Shown: positions 14,254 through 28,412, counted from the stretch's first letter. The stretch: 64,000 nt of DNA from Monocercomonoides exilis PA203 (GCA_001643675.2 LSRY02000004.1:1736001-1800000); one strand, 5' to 3'. Notes: generated by a model not told the origin, from the sequence alone. Program-made: numbers and translations.

Positions 14254-16475
14254 ATGCATCAGGAACAGCAAGTGGATGAGGAGGAGAACTTCCCTGTCGG
14301 ATGAAGATTGGCCAATTCTCAGCTATTCTTCCGCATCAGCTTCAGACAAGCGTCACCTCCTCTCAATTTCCTCTCTCTTCTCTTTCGACATCTCCTTCTC
14401 CTTCTCCATCTTCTCCGTCATTCACATCAAAAAATTTTCCAACCTCAGTTTTCCTCCCTTTTCCTTCGACTCATTCTCTTCCACTTCAGCTTCGTAAACG
14501 GGCATCTTCTTCTTTTTCTTTTCTCCCCCATCTGGAGCAATTCCTGAGAATTCAACGACGCGAAGTCTATTTTTTCAAAATTCTTTCTTTTTTTCAAAGG
14601 ATATTCTTTCATCTTCACCTGCAACTGTCCTCCTTGCTCTGCTTTTGTCACAGCTACCATCTGATTCATCATCGTAGTCATCATCATCTTCTTCTTCTTC
14701 TGATCGTATTTCTTCATTTTTTGCATCTTCATAAGTGATAATAGCAGAAATAAAAAAGAATGGAATTTATGAAGAAAAGAAACTAATTGAAGATGAGAAG
14801 ATGATTGTTTAGCGAATGAAGAGAATGAAGATAAAGAGAAAGATAAATTTATTAAAGACAGAATATTATGAATGGAATTTAGATTCAAAAAATTGAAGAG
14901 ATTTTAAAAGAAAAAAGGATAATATGGAAAAGGAGAGAAGTTGGAAGAGAAGACTTCAACGAGCAGTAAAAGAACGCTAAAACGGAGAACTAATCAATTG
15001 TTATTAATCTAAATCATTTCGTCTGCTGCTCCTTTTTCATGGGTGTACTTAAGCACAGCAACAAACAGCAGGGAAGGGATGTAAGATGCGATGCTTCGGA
15101 GAGCTAATCGATGGTTGGGAAGTCACTTGGAAGTGCCAGAGAGTGCGCAGTCGCTTTGTCAAAGCGAGGCAATGTTAATCTCACAGAAGTCAGAGCTAAT
15201 GATGATGCTGCAGGCAAAGGTGACATTCGTGACAGGCTGATCTGTTGCAGGTGAACAAGCAGCGGTCGACATGTACACAGTTGTTCTCCTCTGAGCTGGT
15301 CGAAAGAAATGGTAGTGAAAAAGGAGAGCATCATGCTGAAGAAGCTTATTTACTTATTTAAAACAGAAAGATGAAAATATCACGCTGAATCATTCAGTGG
15401 ATAAATAGTGGTGATGAGATGCTCAACGAAGAAGCTGATGCTATTATTGAAAAACCAGCAGAGGCTAGGCAGGACGTAGGGTGGAGAGGTTGGCGCGGGA
15501 GAGGAAGAGGGAGGAAGCGTGAACAGCACGAATAGCAGGGCAGGAGAGGTGGAGGGAATGGACAGATATGCTGGAGAGGCGAAGGGTAACTTTGCAAGCA
15601 CAAATGAGCATTGAGCTGAAGTGGATAGGATGTTTTGGAGAGGAAAAGAGGGAGGAGGACACAGCGAGGGATCCGTCGAGGAAGGAGAAGAGGGAAGAGT
15701 GAGCAGATGTGAAGGAGGAGTGGAAGGAGAAGTGGCAGTTGGTGAGGATGCAGGTGTTGAGAAAGGCGACAACAGCAGAGCATCTTAGGAGGAAGACATT
15801 CAGATGTATAAAAAAGACGCGGAAGAGGATGGAAGACAAAAAGAGAGAGAGAAAGATGAAAAAGAGCAAGTGAAGATTTTCGTTTGATGGAAGCTATTTT
15901 TGTGCAAAAAATGAAAATTCACAAATTGTATTGTTCAATTTTTTAAAATAGTGATTTTTTTTTATTATCATCTATCACTTCTTTTGACGAATAAATCTAC
16001 AAAAGTTCTTTTTTGTATTATTTGTTTTAAAATCGAAATAAACTACAAACTGTGAATTTCTTGTAAAATATCCTGCATAACAATCATATTTTTGTTTTTG
16101 TGTTTTCGATAATTGTTTTTTTTCAACATATTTATTTGGATCCTCAACATCTATTTTGAAATTTCTTTTCAATAACATTATTTAACATTCTTCATTTAAG
16201 AAATTGATTTATTGAGTATTGAAACAATCATTATTATGCTTTTCAAACAAGATAACTTATGTTTAATAAAGTTTCTTGAATTTTCGAGTTTTTTTTTTTG
16301 TAATTATTTTTATTTTAAGATATTTGTAATAAAATAAATTGGAAACAAATTAAAAACAACAAATAATTAATAATGATAATATATTAAACAATTTTTTTAT
16401 GTAAATATTAATGAAAATTTTCTAATAAACCCCACCCTTTATGAAAAATTATTATGATCAAACTTCGTAATTTTT

Positions 16476-16498
16476 TATGATATCAAAAAAAATCACCC
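16476..16498 (-). repeat. 23-bp TIR-like motif, inverted partner of 2811-2833
   Basis: TATGATATCAAAAAAAATCACCC followed by ATGT. Confidence 0.7.
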
Positions 16499-16926
16499 AT
16501 GTTATCGAATCAATCTGAGTAAAAATGCAAGTTGTTTATATTTGCATTGATGCAATCCAATTTGTTATTCAACATAAATTCAATTTTCTTTATTTGCGAA
16601 TTTGAAAAAATGCTTATCATTTCATAATTCATAAAATTCAACTTTTCATCAATATTTAACATATGTTAAAACATGTGGATAACTAAATTGGAAAGTTTAA
16701 CAAACTACGAATGTCATGATGATGTGTTTTGAATCGTTTATTAGTGCAAAAGAATTAAAACAGTTCAAAAAATATTTTGATCCTTTCGATCATTAAAAAT
16801 ATTTGATGAAAACAACAAAAATCATTACAAAAATAACATTAACTGTTTTCAAATAATATAAGAATATTATCAGTTTTCAATTTTTGCACATTTTAAATAT
16901 TTGTTCTTTATCTAAATTTTCGTAAC

Positions 16927-17030
16927 TCAAATGAACTCAGTCAATCTTAAATGAACTCAGTTTATTCAAATGAACCCGATCTATTCTAATAAACATGAGT
17001 TCATTTGAATAAACCTGGTTTATTTGAATA
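16927..17030. repeat. Cluster of ~19-20-bp degenerate repeats (AAATGAACTCAG...) that switches orientation
   Basis: Three direct copies at 16928-16980; GTTTATTCAAATGAAC (16960-16975) is inverted at 16999-17014. Confidence 0.75.
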
Positions 17031-17074
17031 AAAAAAATCTATTCAAAATTCATCTATTCATTTTGAGAAAAATA

Positions 17075-17331
17075 GGGTGATTATTTTTGAAATCATATCT
17101 TTTTTCTGGGCGTTGATTTTTCAAAGATAGAAGGGTTTTTGAAAGATACATTTAATTCCATAGAAAAGAAGCATGATAATTGCTTTTTTTAGCGAATGAG
17201 TTTACCGAATTTATGATGAAAATGTTTTCAATAAGCCTTTTCACTTTTCAATTTTTATTTAAAAATATTCAAGATATATTTTTGAACCTTGAATTATGAT
17301 TGAAAAAATATGTTTTCAAAAATAATCACCC
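17075..17331. mobile_element. ~257-bp MITE-like element with GGGTGATTATTTTTGAAA TIRs
   Basis: GGGTGATTATTTTTGAAATCATAT at 17075 and ATATGTTTTCAAAAATAATCACCC ending at 17331 (23/24 match); no TSD recognised. Confidence 0.55.
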
Positions 17332-17652
17332 TGTTCAAAATGTATGTGTGCGTGTGAAAATGTGTGGTTGGTAATAATTATATTAGAAATAATATCTTTT
17401 TTCGTTGTGTTAATAATTGAATTGTTTTTCATCATTCACGAGATAATTCAATCAACTGTTTCATGTGTAACAATTGTTTCAAAAGTTATTATTTGTGATG
17501 AATAAATAACAAAGTTATCTGTCATTCTAATCTTGTCAATTCGGAGTTCAATTACGAATATTCATGTCATATTTTCGCACAGAAAATTTTGATTCAAAAA
17601 ATATGATTTCAAGAATAAAATAATTCACACCTGTGTGAATGCATGAATGTTT

Positions 17653-19038
17653 GGCATATGGGAATGATATGGGAGTTTTCATAACTTCTTGAATCATATT
17701 TTTATATAATTAATATGATAATAAATCATCATTATTCATGTTTATAATCATCGGAAATCCATAATTAAAACTTTCAAATATTTTTTTAAAAATGTCAATT
17801 TTTTGTTGTTATGGGTTGTGATAAAAATTGACTTATTGAAATGGCAATGCTGGATCTTCATATAATTAAGCCTCATCAGTTGGATATTGTTTTCACAGAC
17901 GAAGACGGAGCGTGGAGGTGGTTTTACGAGAATGTTCTGAAAAACGAAGCGAAAATTTGCATCCTTTGCAGAAGAAAAATGATTATTCTTGAAAGAAAAA
18001 AGTTTTGCAGATATTTGTTCTGTTCAAAATGCAATAGATAGAAATTAGTATATGATGAAACAGTTTTCTCTGGGAATAAATTAGGGTTGGAAAAGATTTT
18101 TAGAACCATTTTGTATTATTGGGGATGCACAAAAATAAAGTTCATTTCGAAAATGCTGGGAGTGGATTGAAAAACTGTTGGATTTAGGTGTTGCATAGTC
18201 AGAGTTTCCCACATGGAAATTTGGAATTTGCATCAAAACCCTATAGGAGGAGAAGGAAAAGTGGTTGAAATTGATGAGGCTGTGTGGAGGAGAAGAAAAT
18301 ATAAGATGGTAAGAAGAAAGGAACAAATTTAGATATTTGGTGGGGTTGAGAGGTTGAAGGAAAGTGGAGCTGGTACTCGTTTTGTGAAAGTTGCGCCTTT
18401 CAGAAAGAGGTGAACTCTTCTTCCAATCAAATAGAAACAACTCGGCTTCGAACAACAATTATGAGCGACAAGGAGAAAGCATTCTGCACTTTGAATCAAT
18501 TCGATAAAACTCATAAAACTGTTTTCCATAAAAGAAATTTTGTTGATAATATTACAGGCGCATGCACTAATACTTCCTTGAGCTAGTGAAGAACATTGTG
18601 CAAATCATTTCCTCTAACTGTGGTGAAAAAATCGTTGGTTGCAGATTATTTAGCTATGTTACTGGTAAAAACTTCTTTGAAATTTATTTTTCAAGATATT
18701 TCACCTACTATCGTTAAGAATAAAGCTATGGAAAAGCCAGCAGAAGATCTTGCGGAAGAGGAAGTCGAAGTTGAAGATTCCGAAATCCCTCATGTTGAAG
18801 ATATTTTGGGAGATGAAGAAACTAAGGAAGAATCGTCAGGTCTCGAGACATAAGAAGAAAAAACTTCAGATTATGAACCAATAACAAATTTTTTTTTATT
18901 TTTTTTATATTTTTCATTTTTCATCCACACACATTTCCGATGATTTTTAATATGAATAATGATGATTAGTAATCATGTTAATTACAAATTAATATGTTTT
19001 AAGGAGTTTTGAAAAATCCCATATCGTGCACTTATACC
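17653..19038 (+). mobile_element. Merlin (IS1016/IS1595-like) DNA transposon, 1386 bp, decayed
   Basis: Imperfect ~105-bp TIRs with GG...CC ends; 8-bp TSD GAATGTTT/AAATGTTT (7/8); internal DDE transposase remnant. Confidence 0.85.
17841..18853 (+). pseudogene. Merlin/ISXO2-like DDE transposase pseudogene
   Basis: N-terminal CxxC...CxxC zinc ribbon; IGGEGKVVEIDEAVWRRRKY; I*IFGGVER; TTIMSD; HKTVFHKRNFVDNITGACTN; several stops and frameshifts. Confidence 0.85.
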
Positions 19039-20149
19039 AAATGTTTGAATGAATGAACATAACTTTCAAAGATTTCTTTCAACTTGTTAATAGCTTTTAA
19101 AATTAATTATGAATACTATTTCAAAAATGCTCATTCCAAAAGAGAAAAAGAACTTTTTAAAGTGTATATTTTTCTTTTCATAAACTGATTTGTGATAGTG
19201 AAAACGAGAACATTTCTAACATAAATGTTTCGAGAAACATCTTCATGGAAAAGGATTTTTGAAGTCATCAACAGCCTCAGTTCATTGTGAGTTCAAAAAT
19301 GATCTCCAACATATTGATTCTAAATTGTTTTGCTCCACACACAATTCGTTTCATTTATGAAAAACCATTCTTTCCTTTTTCCAAAACAAATGAATAAGAA
19401 TTGGAACAATACAAAGACTGAAAACTAATGTTTCTTTTTTTCGGTTTTCTTTGTGTTTCAATAGATATTAACGATCACAGAAGGATAAGTCAATCATTTT
19501 TTGTTCAACATAAGAAAAACTTGACAACCGAGCAGAAAATTGAGCATATTTTGGACATTTTGACAGAAGATATTCGACTCAATGCCCATTCATTGTTCTC
19601 AGTGAACATGTTGATTTGGAGAGAACTTTTCGATTTCGTTGCCAGTCAAACATTTCTCAGAAAAAAAAAGAAAAAATCAAAGTCATATCATCCTCCTTGG
19701 CATCTTCTAATCACACAAAAAATTGAAAGGTGTTGGTTGATTCATGAAACGAAAAATACAAAAGTGACAGAAACATGCAAAATGGCAAGTTTTGATTCCC
19801 TGAAGAACATACGCAATGGTGCAGGATTCTCACCCACAAAAAATGACACATCTGGAGATACAACCTCCAACCAGCTCTCATTAACTGAAATTGTCAACGA
19901 ATAAATTGTTCAAAATAAACAAAAAAGACAAATTCAACAAAAAACAGAAGCAAAAAACTATGTTATACAAACAGTATTTGAATGTTAAAATACATACATA
20001 CACACACACTCAAAACAAAAAACGAAAAATGAATGAAAAACATTGATTTGTGAATAACAATGAATAAACACAACACAAATCACAAAACATTCACAAATTA
20101 AAAACAACAGCTTTCTTCAAAACAAGCATCAAGTTGCTTTCTTTTTCAT

Positions 20150-23100
20150 TCATCGCAGCAATAACTGCTTTGTTGCTTTCGTGTCTTTCTCTTCTCCTTC
20201 CCCTTCATCACCATCCCCAACGTCATTTCCATTGTCCCCATCATCAATAATGATGCTTTCCTCTCTCCCGCTGTGTTCATTTTTCCCACCTTCCTCTTCT
20301 TCCAGGTCAATCGCATCTGACACTGTGAGCATCTTCGCCTCTGCTGGAAAATGCGCAAAAAACTCCTTTTTCAGCTCGCTCAGCATCGGCCTCCCCTCCC
20401 ATCCAGGCGAAAGGCACACACCAATCAGCTTCCCATATGTTGTGTTCTCCACCACATCCAGCCGAGGACGCTCCCCCTTCACAATCTTGTCTCCTGCTAT
20501 CCCCGCCTCATACTCCCCAAACGGGATCTCCAGCGTCACACACTCCCACAGCATCATCCCAATCGAGAACGCAACCGACTGCTTTGTCGCACACATCTTC
20601 CTGTTCATCAGCAGCTCCGGCGCCTTCCACCGCTTGCACTCATCCCGGTTGTCTTCACAGTCCTCAAACGCTGACGAGGGCGGTGGCGAGTCGGTGAACC
20701 TCTCGCTCATCACTGAAACATTCGATGAGGAAGACGAAACAATGCTCAGCGAAGAGATCGACGATGAGTCCGAATCCTCTGACGAAGAGGAGCAGTCTGA
20801 GTGGAGCGCAATGGCAATGTCCATGTGCTCCGAGAACAGCACAATGTGCGGACTCAGATTCTCCAGAGACGAGAGAGGATTGCTCATCTCATCGAACGAG
20901 TGCAGAGCAAGATTCGCCACCCAGAACAGCACCTGTGCTCCTGTCACCTCCCGCTCCTCCACACTCCCAATTGGCATCTCCTTTGTCTCATTCCTCCCAT
21001 GCAGCAGCATGAAGAACGAGTCTCGCAGATCAAGAATCAGCTTCTCATGAGGAGACGAACAGTCCATCGCATCCACCAGATTCGACATCGATGATGTGGT
21101 GGGGCACAGACTCTCCGATCGAACAAATGTGGATTCTGTGTCTGAAGTGTCTGTGGTTGAAGTGGATGAGATGGATGGTGATGGAGTTCTTTTCCTCGTC
21201 TCTTCCTCATCATCAACCTTCTCCAGCATCCATTGAGGAATCTTGTCTGAGTCTCTCCCCAAAATATATTCTGTTGAGCCACTCTCAGATAGAAGATGCT
21301 CAGATGACTCGGAGTGTCCCAAGCTTTTCTCGTACACCCTCTTCTTTATCCTCTCTTCATTCTTCTTCTCAGTCTCCCTCTCCGCTCTTCTCCATTGCTC
21401 CTCTGGTGACATCTCCATCGTAACCATCTCAAATGCCTTCGGATCCTTCTTCACTGTATCATTCACAATCTCTTGCAATTCCTCATTTCTTTCCTTCACT
21501 TTCCTCCACCTAACAATAAATGCAACTGCGACAATAAGAACCATCAAAAACAAAATAACAAGGATGATAACAACGAGCAACCAATAAGATTTCACTCCTT
21601 TTCCTCTTTCAACCACTTTATCATTCAGATAATTTGGTTCTGTTTTGTTCTTCAGAATCTGCGGAGAAGTCGCAGCCCTTTGTTTTCCAAACAATATCAT
21701 CACAAACACCTCTGTTTCATCTCCGATCGTTGAAATATTTTCTGATGGAATCACCCCATTCACTTCCGTTTCTGATGCAAAACCATCTTCTTCAAAAGGG
21801 TATGTCTCAACCAACTCCACATCCCCTGTTTTGCACACAACCCTGAATGACAAATCACATGGCACAAAAAGAGATCCCTCGAATTTCAAAACAACATCGC
21901 TGTCCTTTTCTTTCACAGACACCTTGTCCAGAACTGGAATGAAGAATGGTGATGCTCTTTCTCCTGCTATCCCTCTCAAATCACATCCATCATTCAGAAT
22001 CCAAAGAGAAGAATTGTCTTTTGCCCCATCACCCCCTTTCACACTCACAACATCCAATTCCCCATTCCCTGTGCAGATCACATTCCTTCGAGCTGATGGG
22101 TATCCCTCAATAAATGGATTGTTGTTCTCAAACTTTCCATTTTCAATCTTCACACTTCCTCCGCTCACCCACAACCCTCCATTCTTTCCGTTTCTGATTG
22201 TTGTTTCCCTCATCTCCACATTGCTCTTCTCAATATCAACCAACGAGCCATTCCATTTGCACAATCCTTCATTTCTTTCACTTTCTTCATTTATTCTCTC
22301 CACATCTTTTTCTCCATCAAACACACATATCTCAATCCTCACATCCTTGGAATTCTTAATCTGCATCATGCTTCCCTTATCCGCCGAATTCACACACTTT
22401 CCAAATGAGCTGTTCAGCACACTCACTTCTTGCTCAGCATCATCCATCCCAATTACACATCCATTCAACAACAGAGTCACATTCTCAACTTCCATTTCTT
22501 TCATCTCCACTTTCGCTTTCCCTCCAACACTCACAACATCTCCCTCACATTCGATATTCGATATTCTTGTTTCATCAATAATCACATTCTGTTCTTCACA
22601 AAATGAAAGCACTGCTGTTGTTGAATAAATATCCCTGAATGCTGAATCAAATATCTTCAGCTCTCCACTTTCCACACTCACAATTGAACTGTTCAACTTC
22701 ATATCCTCAACTGTTGTTGGGGAAGAGAAGAACACACAATTTCTCATCTCCATTGAACCATTTTTCACTTTCATGTTGCAGCTGTGTGTTGACTCAAATC
22801 CATCTTCAAATTGGAATGAGCATCTCTCCACTGAACATTCATTCACAAACTCCATCACACAATCCTTTTCAGCCGATTTCTCAATCTTGGAGTTCAATTT
22901 CACAATTGCCTGTGTCTTTTTGAATGAACTCACAACCAGATTTCCAATCACACATTCCTTCCTCACAAATCCTTCTCCATCAATCAGAATCGCATTCATC
23001 ACCCCTTCCTGGATGTGATCAGCCCCACAGTTGATGCTCACACATGGGTTGCTCTGAGCTCCACACTGCCTGCTGTCACTCCCCCTTCCATTCACAAACA

Positions 23101-26100
23101 CCTGTGCCGAATAATAGAATGTGATCAGCGGAATCAGATCAACATCAATCTCATTCATTGCATCCCTCCCACAAATCGAGTTGTTCGAATTCAATGACTC
23201 CAGGCTCAGATCCAGCACAAACAGCCTTTCATTGATCTGCGAGTCGATCGACTCGCACCGGATGAACACATCCTTCCCCACATGCGCATCATTCATCATG
23301 AATCGCATCCCCTCCAGCCTCACCCCAAGAGCCCCAAATGCACCTGCTCCTCTGCCCTTCGGGTCAAGTGCATCAATCATCAGTCCTCCTCCCCTTCCCT
23401 TCAGCATTGAGCACACACACATCCCGAATGAGCACCCACCCACCTTCACCTCCGACTCTCCTCTCTTCAAGCACACTTTCAGCCCTCCTCCCTCTTCGCT
23501 CCTCTCGCTCATGCACTTCGTCAGCACACACCCTTCCATCACACACACAACCCCAACTCCAAACGAATCCACACACACCACACACGATCTGTTGCCTTCA
23601 CACGTGATGTTTGCAAACGATGACCCATTCACTCGCAGCATCGTCTTTGCCTTTTCATTCTTTTCATCCTCTTCGTTCCCTGCTCTGCCCCAATGCAACG
23701 CCTCACTCAACGAGATCAAGCTGCAGCTCGCTGCCTTTGTGTTCGAAATCGACACATTCACCACTTCAACAACCTCAACCCCTGCCGCAAATCTCAGGAA
23801 CCCTCCCAGCAGGATGAACTGATCCAGAAGACACTCCTCAACCCTCACTGTCCCGCCTTCAACTTCCATCAAGCAATATTTCGTTTCAGCTGATGGATTT
23901 CCACAAACAAACGAGCAGTGCCCAACTGACAGGCATCCACTCGACGATAACAATCCCACAAGCGACTCATGCCTCCCCAGCTCACCTGCAAGATCAAACG
24001 ACACATTCTCTATCGTCAGCCTCACACAAGATGCAATCACTGCTCTTTCCGCTCCTTCTGCATTCCCTTCCCCAATCCTCACAATCGTTCCTCTTTCTTC
24101 TCCCTCAATCCCCATGCTCGGTCTTGGAAGTGGTGCTGAAGACGGAGCCAACAGCGAGATGGTGTGATTGATGCAAGAGAATCGCCTGATCCTGATCGTC
24201 GTTTCCTCTGTCTCAAGTGGCGAATATCTCAGCGATATCAAGTGATCAATCGATGAACATGGTGCTTCACAAAACCCACACCCACTGAAGTCTCCTCCTC
24301 CTTCTCCATCAACAAACCCATCCCCACTCCAGTTCCTCCACAAATACACAACCAGCGGAATCACATATCCCTCCTCGCCTGTCGTCTTCCTCTCCCATCC
24401 ACACAGCTCATCAAACCATTCCAACTCCTCTTCCTTTATCTCCCATTTCAAGTGCTCCTTATCCACAATCTCACTCAGATCCCATCCTGACACAAACATT
24501 TTCTTCCCTTTCCAGGCATCGCATCCCTCAAATTCCATTCCTTCCATCACAAATGATCCCATCTCATCTGGCAGCTTCACAAACATCCCTCCTCCAATTC
24601 CTTTCCCTCCCTCATCACTCTCCTCTGATGGAACAACACATCCCGATAACTTCACATTTTTCATCTCCAACATCCCTCCCTTCCCCACTGATATCTTCAT
24701 CCCTCCTCCTTTCATCCCACTTCCGTTTGAACACACTGATGACAAATTGCATTCCTCCAATTTCACATTCCCATTATCCTCCATCTCCACATTCAAACAT
24801 CCCCCATCTTCTCCTTTCACTTCCACATCACTCATTCGGCTGTTCATAATCTCCAATTTCACTCCATTTGTGACCACTATTGGCGATTTTCCATTCATTG
24901 TCACTCCACTTTCCATCACAAATCCATTCACAATCAGTTCTCCTCCCTCAATGTTTATCACATTGTATCTTATCTTTCCGTCAATCAATGCCCCACTCTC
25001 AAATGACACTGAACAGTTCGTCATGTTGAGTGTTGATGATGTTGAATGAATGATTGCACTTCTCCTTGAATTCAGCTGATTTTTCACAACAAATGAAAGT
25101 CTGCTCATTGTCAGTGAAGTCGAACATCCAACAAGCCAATCTTGTGTGTCTGATCCTCCATCACTTACATTCACCAGAATTCTCTCTCCCTCTTCCAATG
25201 ATGTTATTCTTCCTGAAATGCTCACATCAAGTGAAGATATAGCAATTTCATCATTTATTGATGAATATGTGACAACTTCAATTTCATTCACAGTGCTGCT
25301 CAATCTTGAGTTCGCACAATAATCAATTGTCAAACATCTGAATCCATCAAATCCACAATGATTGTGGTCCCTCCCAATTCCTCCACTCCCATCAACAATC
25401 ACTTTTGTTCCCATTGAACACAAATACACAAACAATGGAATCACTTCATCTTCTTTCCCATCCTCACTCCCACACAACTTCAGCACATCTGATGGAATAA
25501 TATTTGACTCAAAAAACCCAAATGAAGTTGCATCAATTTTTGTCTCCAACAACACTCCACTCACACAACAAACAAACATGTCCTTCCCATATGAAGCTTT
25601 GTTATTCTCCCCAAACAAACCCTCTCTTCCTGATTCAATTTTCAACGAACCATCTCTGCTCTCTATTACAATCATTATTCCTCCCCCTCTCCCTTCACTT
25701 CTCCCTTCTGAACTCTCCCCTGAACCCTTCGCCTCGCACCCATCAATCACACAGCTCCCATTCACAGCCACTTTCCCACTGTCTTTCAAGCAAACATAGA
25801 TCCCTCCCCCATTCCCTTCCTCACACACACACTCCTCGATCATCACACTGCTCACAACAAATGTCTCCCCATCATCAACAGTCTTTTCCAGCACAACCCC
25901 ATTTCCTCCTGTCCGACTCACATTCCGAATCGTCACATTCCCCAGCACCCTCTCTCCCAATGCCGATCCGCCAGACAACGGCTCTGCAAACACAGGCCGG
26001 CTCACTTTCATGTTTTTTATCTCCACATCAGCCATCGACAGTTGCGACAGCGGCACCACAAACACTGACGACGACATCACATAGTCTCCTGAAGAAACAC

Positions 26101-28412
26101 TCGTAGTGATCACAACATCCTCCAATGAGAGTGACCCACTCCCATCAGATACCACAACCACACTCGGCGAAGGATTTGCATTTGAGTTGCAATCAACCTT
26201 CAAATGGCTCATTCTCAGATGGCCCGTTGTCACGCCGAACAGCGCTTCTGTTGATGAAAGTGCCTCAGTTCCAATCGAACTCTTCTCTTTTCCTTTCCCA
26301 ATGACCGAAATCTTCTTTGTCCCTATGTCTATTGATGTGACTTCCTTTCTGTGATTTCCTTCCATGAGTGTGACCACCAAGCTTGTCTGTGCCGTGCTGA
26401 AACCAACAGCAACGCCAACGGTTCTGCACGCATTCGTTTCATTTATTCCGCACAGCTTGTCTTCTATACCTCCATCAGCAGCAACATAACGATAAAGAAC
26501 ACCTGTCTTCAGCCACTCCTTCTTTTCTGTGTGTTGAAATGAACCAGATCCTGAACCATCATAATTATATGAATAGCACACTCTCTGATTATCAGTGTTG
26601 GTTGTGTAACATTCATAGAATGGATTTCCATTCAGAAAAAGGATGATTCTTCATAAATAATTGCATCATGACCATATGGAGTTGAAGTGGTTCGGCATTT
26701 GCATCCATGGAAGAAGAGAAAAAAACAAAAAATTCCATCAGAAGGAATTGTTGTTTGATTTGGATAGAAAAACAATCCACCTCCATTTGAAGATGCGGAG
26801 CATGATATAAAACGAATGCTCCTCATTTTGAATGCAACAGGAACATTTCGACAATACAGCCCTCCACTCCAAGTTGATGCAAGATAGCACAAAGTGAAAT
26901 TACATTGAAACAGATACGAGTTCTCTCCTTCTTCATTTTCTGTTCCGATGCATTCTGATCCAGAATAACTAAAGTTATCTAATCTCAATCCTGCTCCGTC
27001 GAATTGAGCTTTACACTCCATGAACTCACATCTGCTTATCCAGGTACACAATCTTATCCCACCAACAAACACGCCTCCTCCTCCATAGTGATTTTTCGAG
27101 ACACAAGCATTAAATATATTATTTTCCATTTGCAAAGATTTGATCAAATAACACATGATCCCTCCGCCACGACTGAATGCAACACAATCATTAAACACGC
27201 AATATGTTACAGAAAGATCAACATTCACCAAATTAAACATGCATATTGCCCCTCCACATGATTTTCCATCATCAAATGATTCATTTCCTCCAACTGTTTT
27301 TGACCCATTCCATTCGCACCAGGTGAATGTGTTCTGTCCATCAGTTGTCTCGTTTTGTCGCCCTGGATGTTTCTTATCATCTTCGCTTCCAATGAATTCG
27401 ACATTTCGTGTCCGGCAGCACCCGACAAACGAGGTGTTCGAGGCAGTCAAAGAGGCCATGGGGTTGTTGAGGGAGGGGACAATCCCGCCATCATACACAT
27501 CACACACCGATGAAAACAAGCAGTCCCTCATCAGAGTGGTGCATCCACACCCACCTCCACATCCACATTCACATTCACATCCAGATCGAGGCAGTTTGCG
27601 TGCCGGATTTGTCGAAATGTTGGAGAAACGCAGATCTGAGAGCGAGACGCTTTCAACAAACCGCGAAGAAAGAAATGGAGGCGCAGATGCCTCGAACGAA
27701 GAAAACTGCGAAGAGCAGACTGAAACCCAGCAAAATTTCGTTGAAGAACCCCCGGCTTGTTCCGACGAAAAAGTCGTGCAGCTCGGCATGAATGTGAATT
27801 CGAGGCACTTTGCGAAATGTTTGCCAATGAAGCACAGCTTCCGCTCAGCACTATCGCGGAGGCATCGGCCTTCTGACAAAACGTGCACCCAACAAGCGCA
27901 ACACTGCTTTCGTCTCTCGCAAATATCACATTTTCACTTCCATCAGAGATCAGCACCAGCCTTCTCAAAGTCACTGAGGAGTTCTTCACAATCATCTGCC
28001 CTTCGACAGCACTCCGCTCCTCCGCCGAGCCCTGTTTTCTCGTTCCCTGCCCGTTTCGCAATGACCCGTCATGGCGTTCCCCATTTCCCCCTTCATCCCT
28101 TCCTCCAGTCATTCTGCCAAAACCGTTTTCAATCTGTTTTCTCCAAAATACTCCCCTTTCCACAAATCCTTCGCCACCACCCATTCCAGCATCACCACCC
28201 CGCACCGAATATTTGTTTATTCCAAATCCAGCCCAGTGCCCGTTTGTCTCCTCCGGAAATGGTGGTGCAGGAATGTTGTTTTCATTTCTTCTCCCCTCGT
28301 TTCCTTCCTTCAAATCAACTCCTGCACCCTCCCGCAAACCGCTCCACTCCATGCTGCACACAACCCCAGCAACTGCTATCACCAGAATGCTTCGACTCAC
28401 ACCAGCATGCAT
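20150..28412 (-). CDS. Giant type-I membrane protein with kinase-like tail, left copy. Split by two 1-bp homopolymer shortfalls (27768-27772, 26636-26640): a pseudogene or a consensus error.
   Basis: ORFs 27531-28412, 26632-27888 and 20150-26581 together reproduce the 2748-aa ORF at 40122-48368. Confidence 0.85.

Noticed and set aside
16927-17030. CRISPR-like array
   Set aside because: Repeats are degenerate and nearly abutting, with no unique spacers or cas genes, in a eukaryotic context
1-19038. Alternative genetic code (TAA/TAG = Gln, as in some oxymonads) rescuing the broken ORFs
   Set aside because: The 2748-, 1640- and 679-aa ORFs contain no in-frame TAA/TAG. The breaks include TGA and frameshifts, and one TAG sits where Trp is expected in the transposase.
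19428-19904. 158-aa ORF between Merlin and the giant gene
   Set aside because: Frame not conserved in the mirror copy (48733-49104) and no motif recognised; probably spurious
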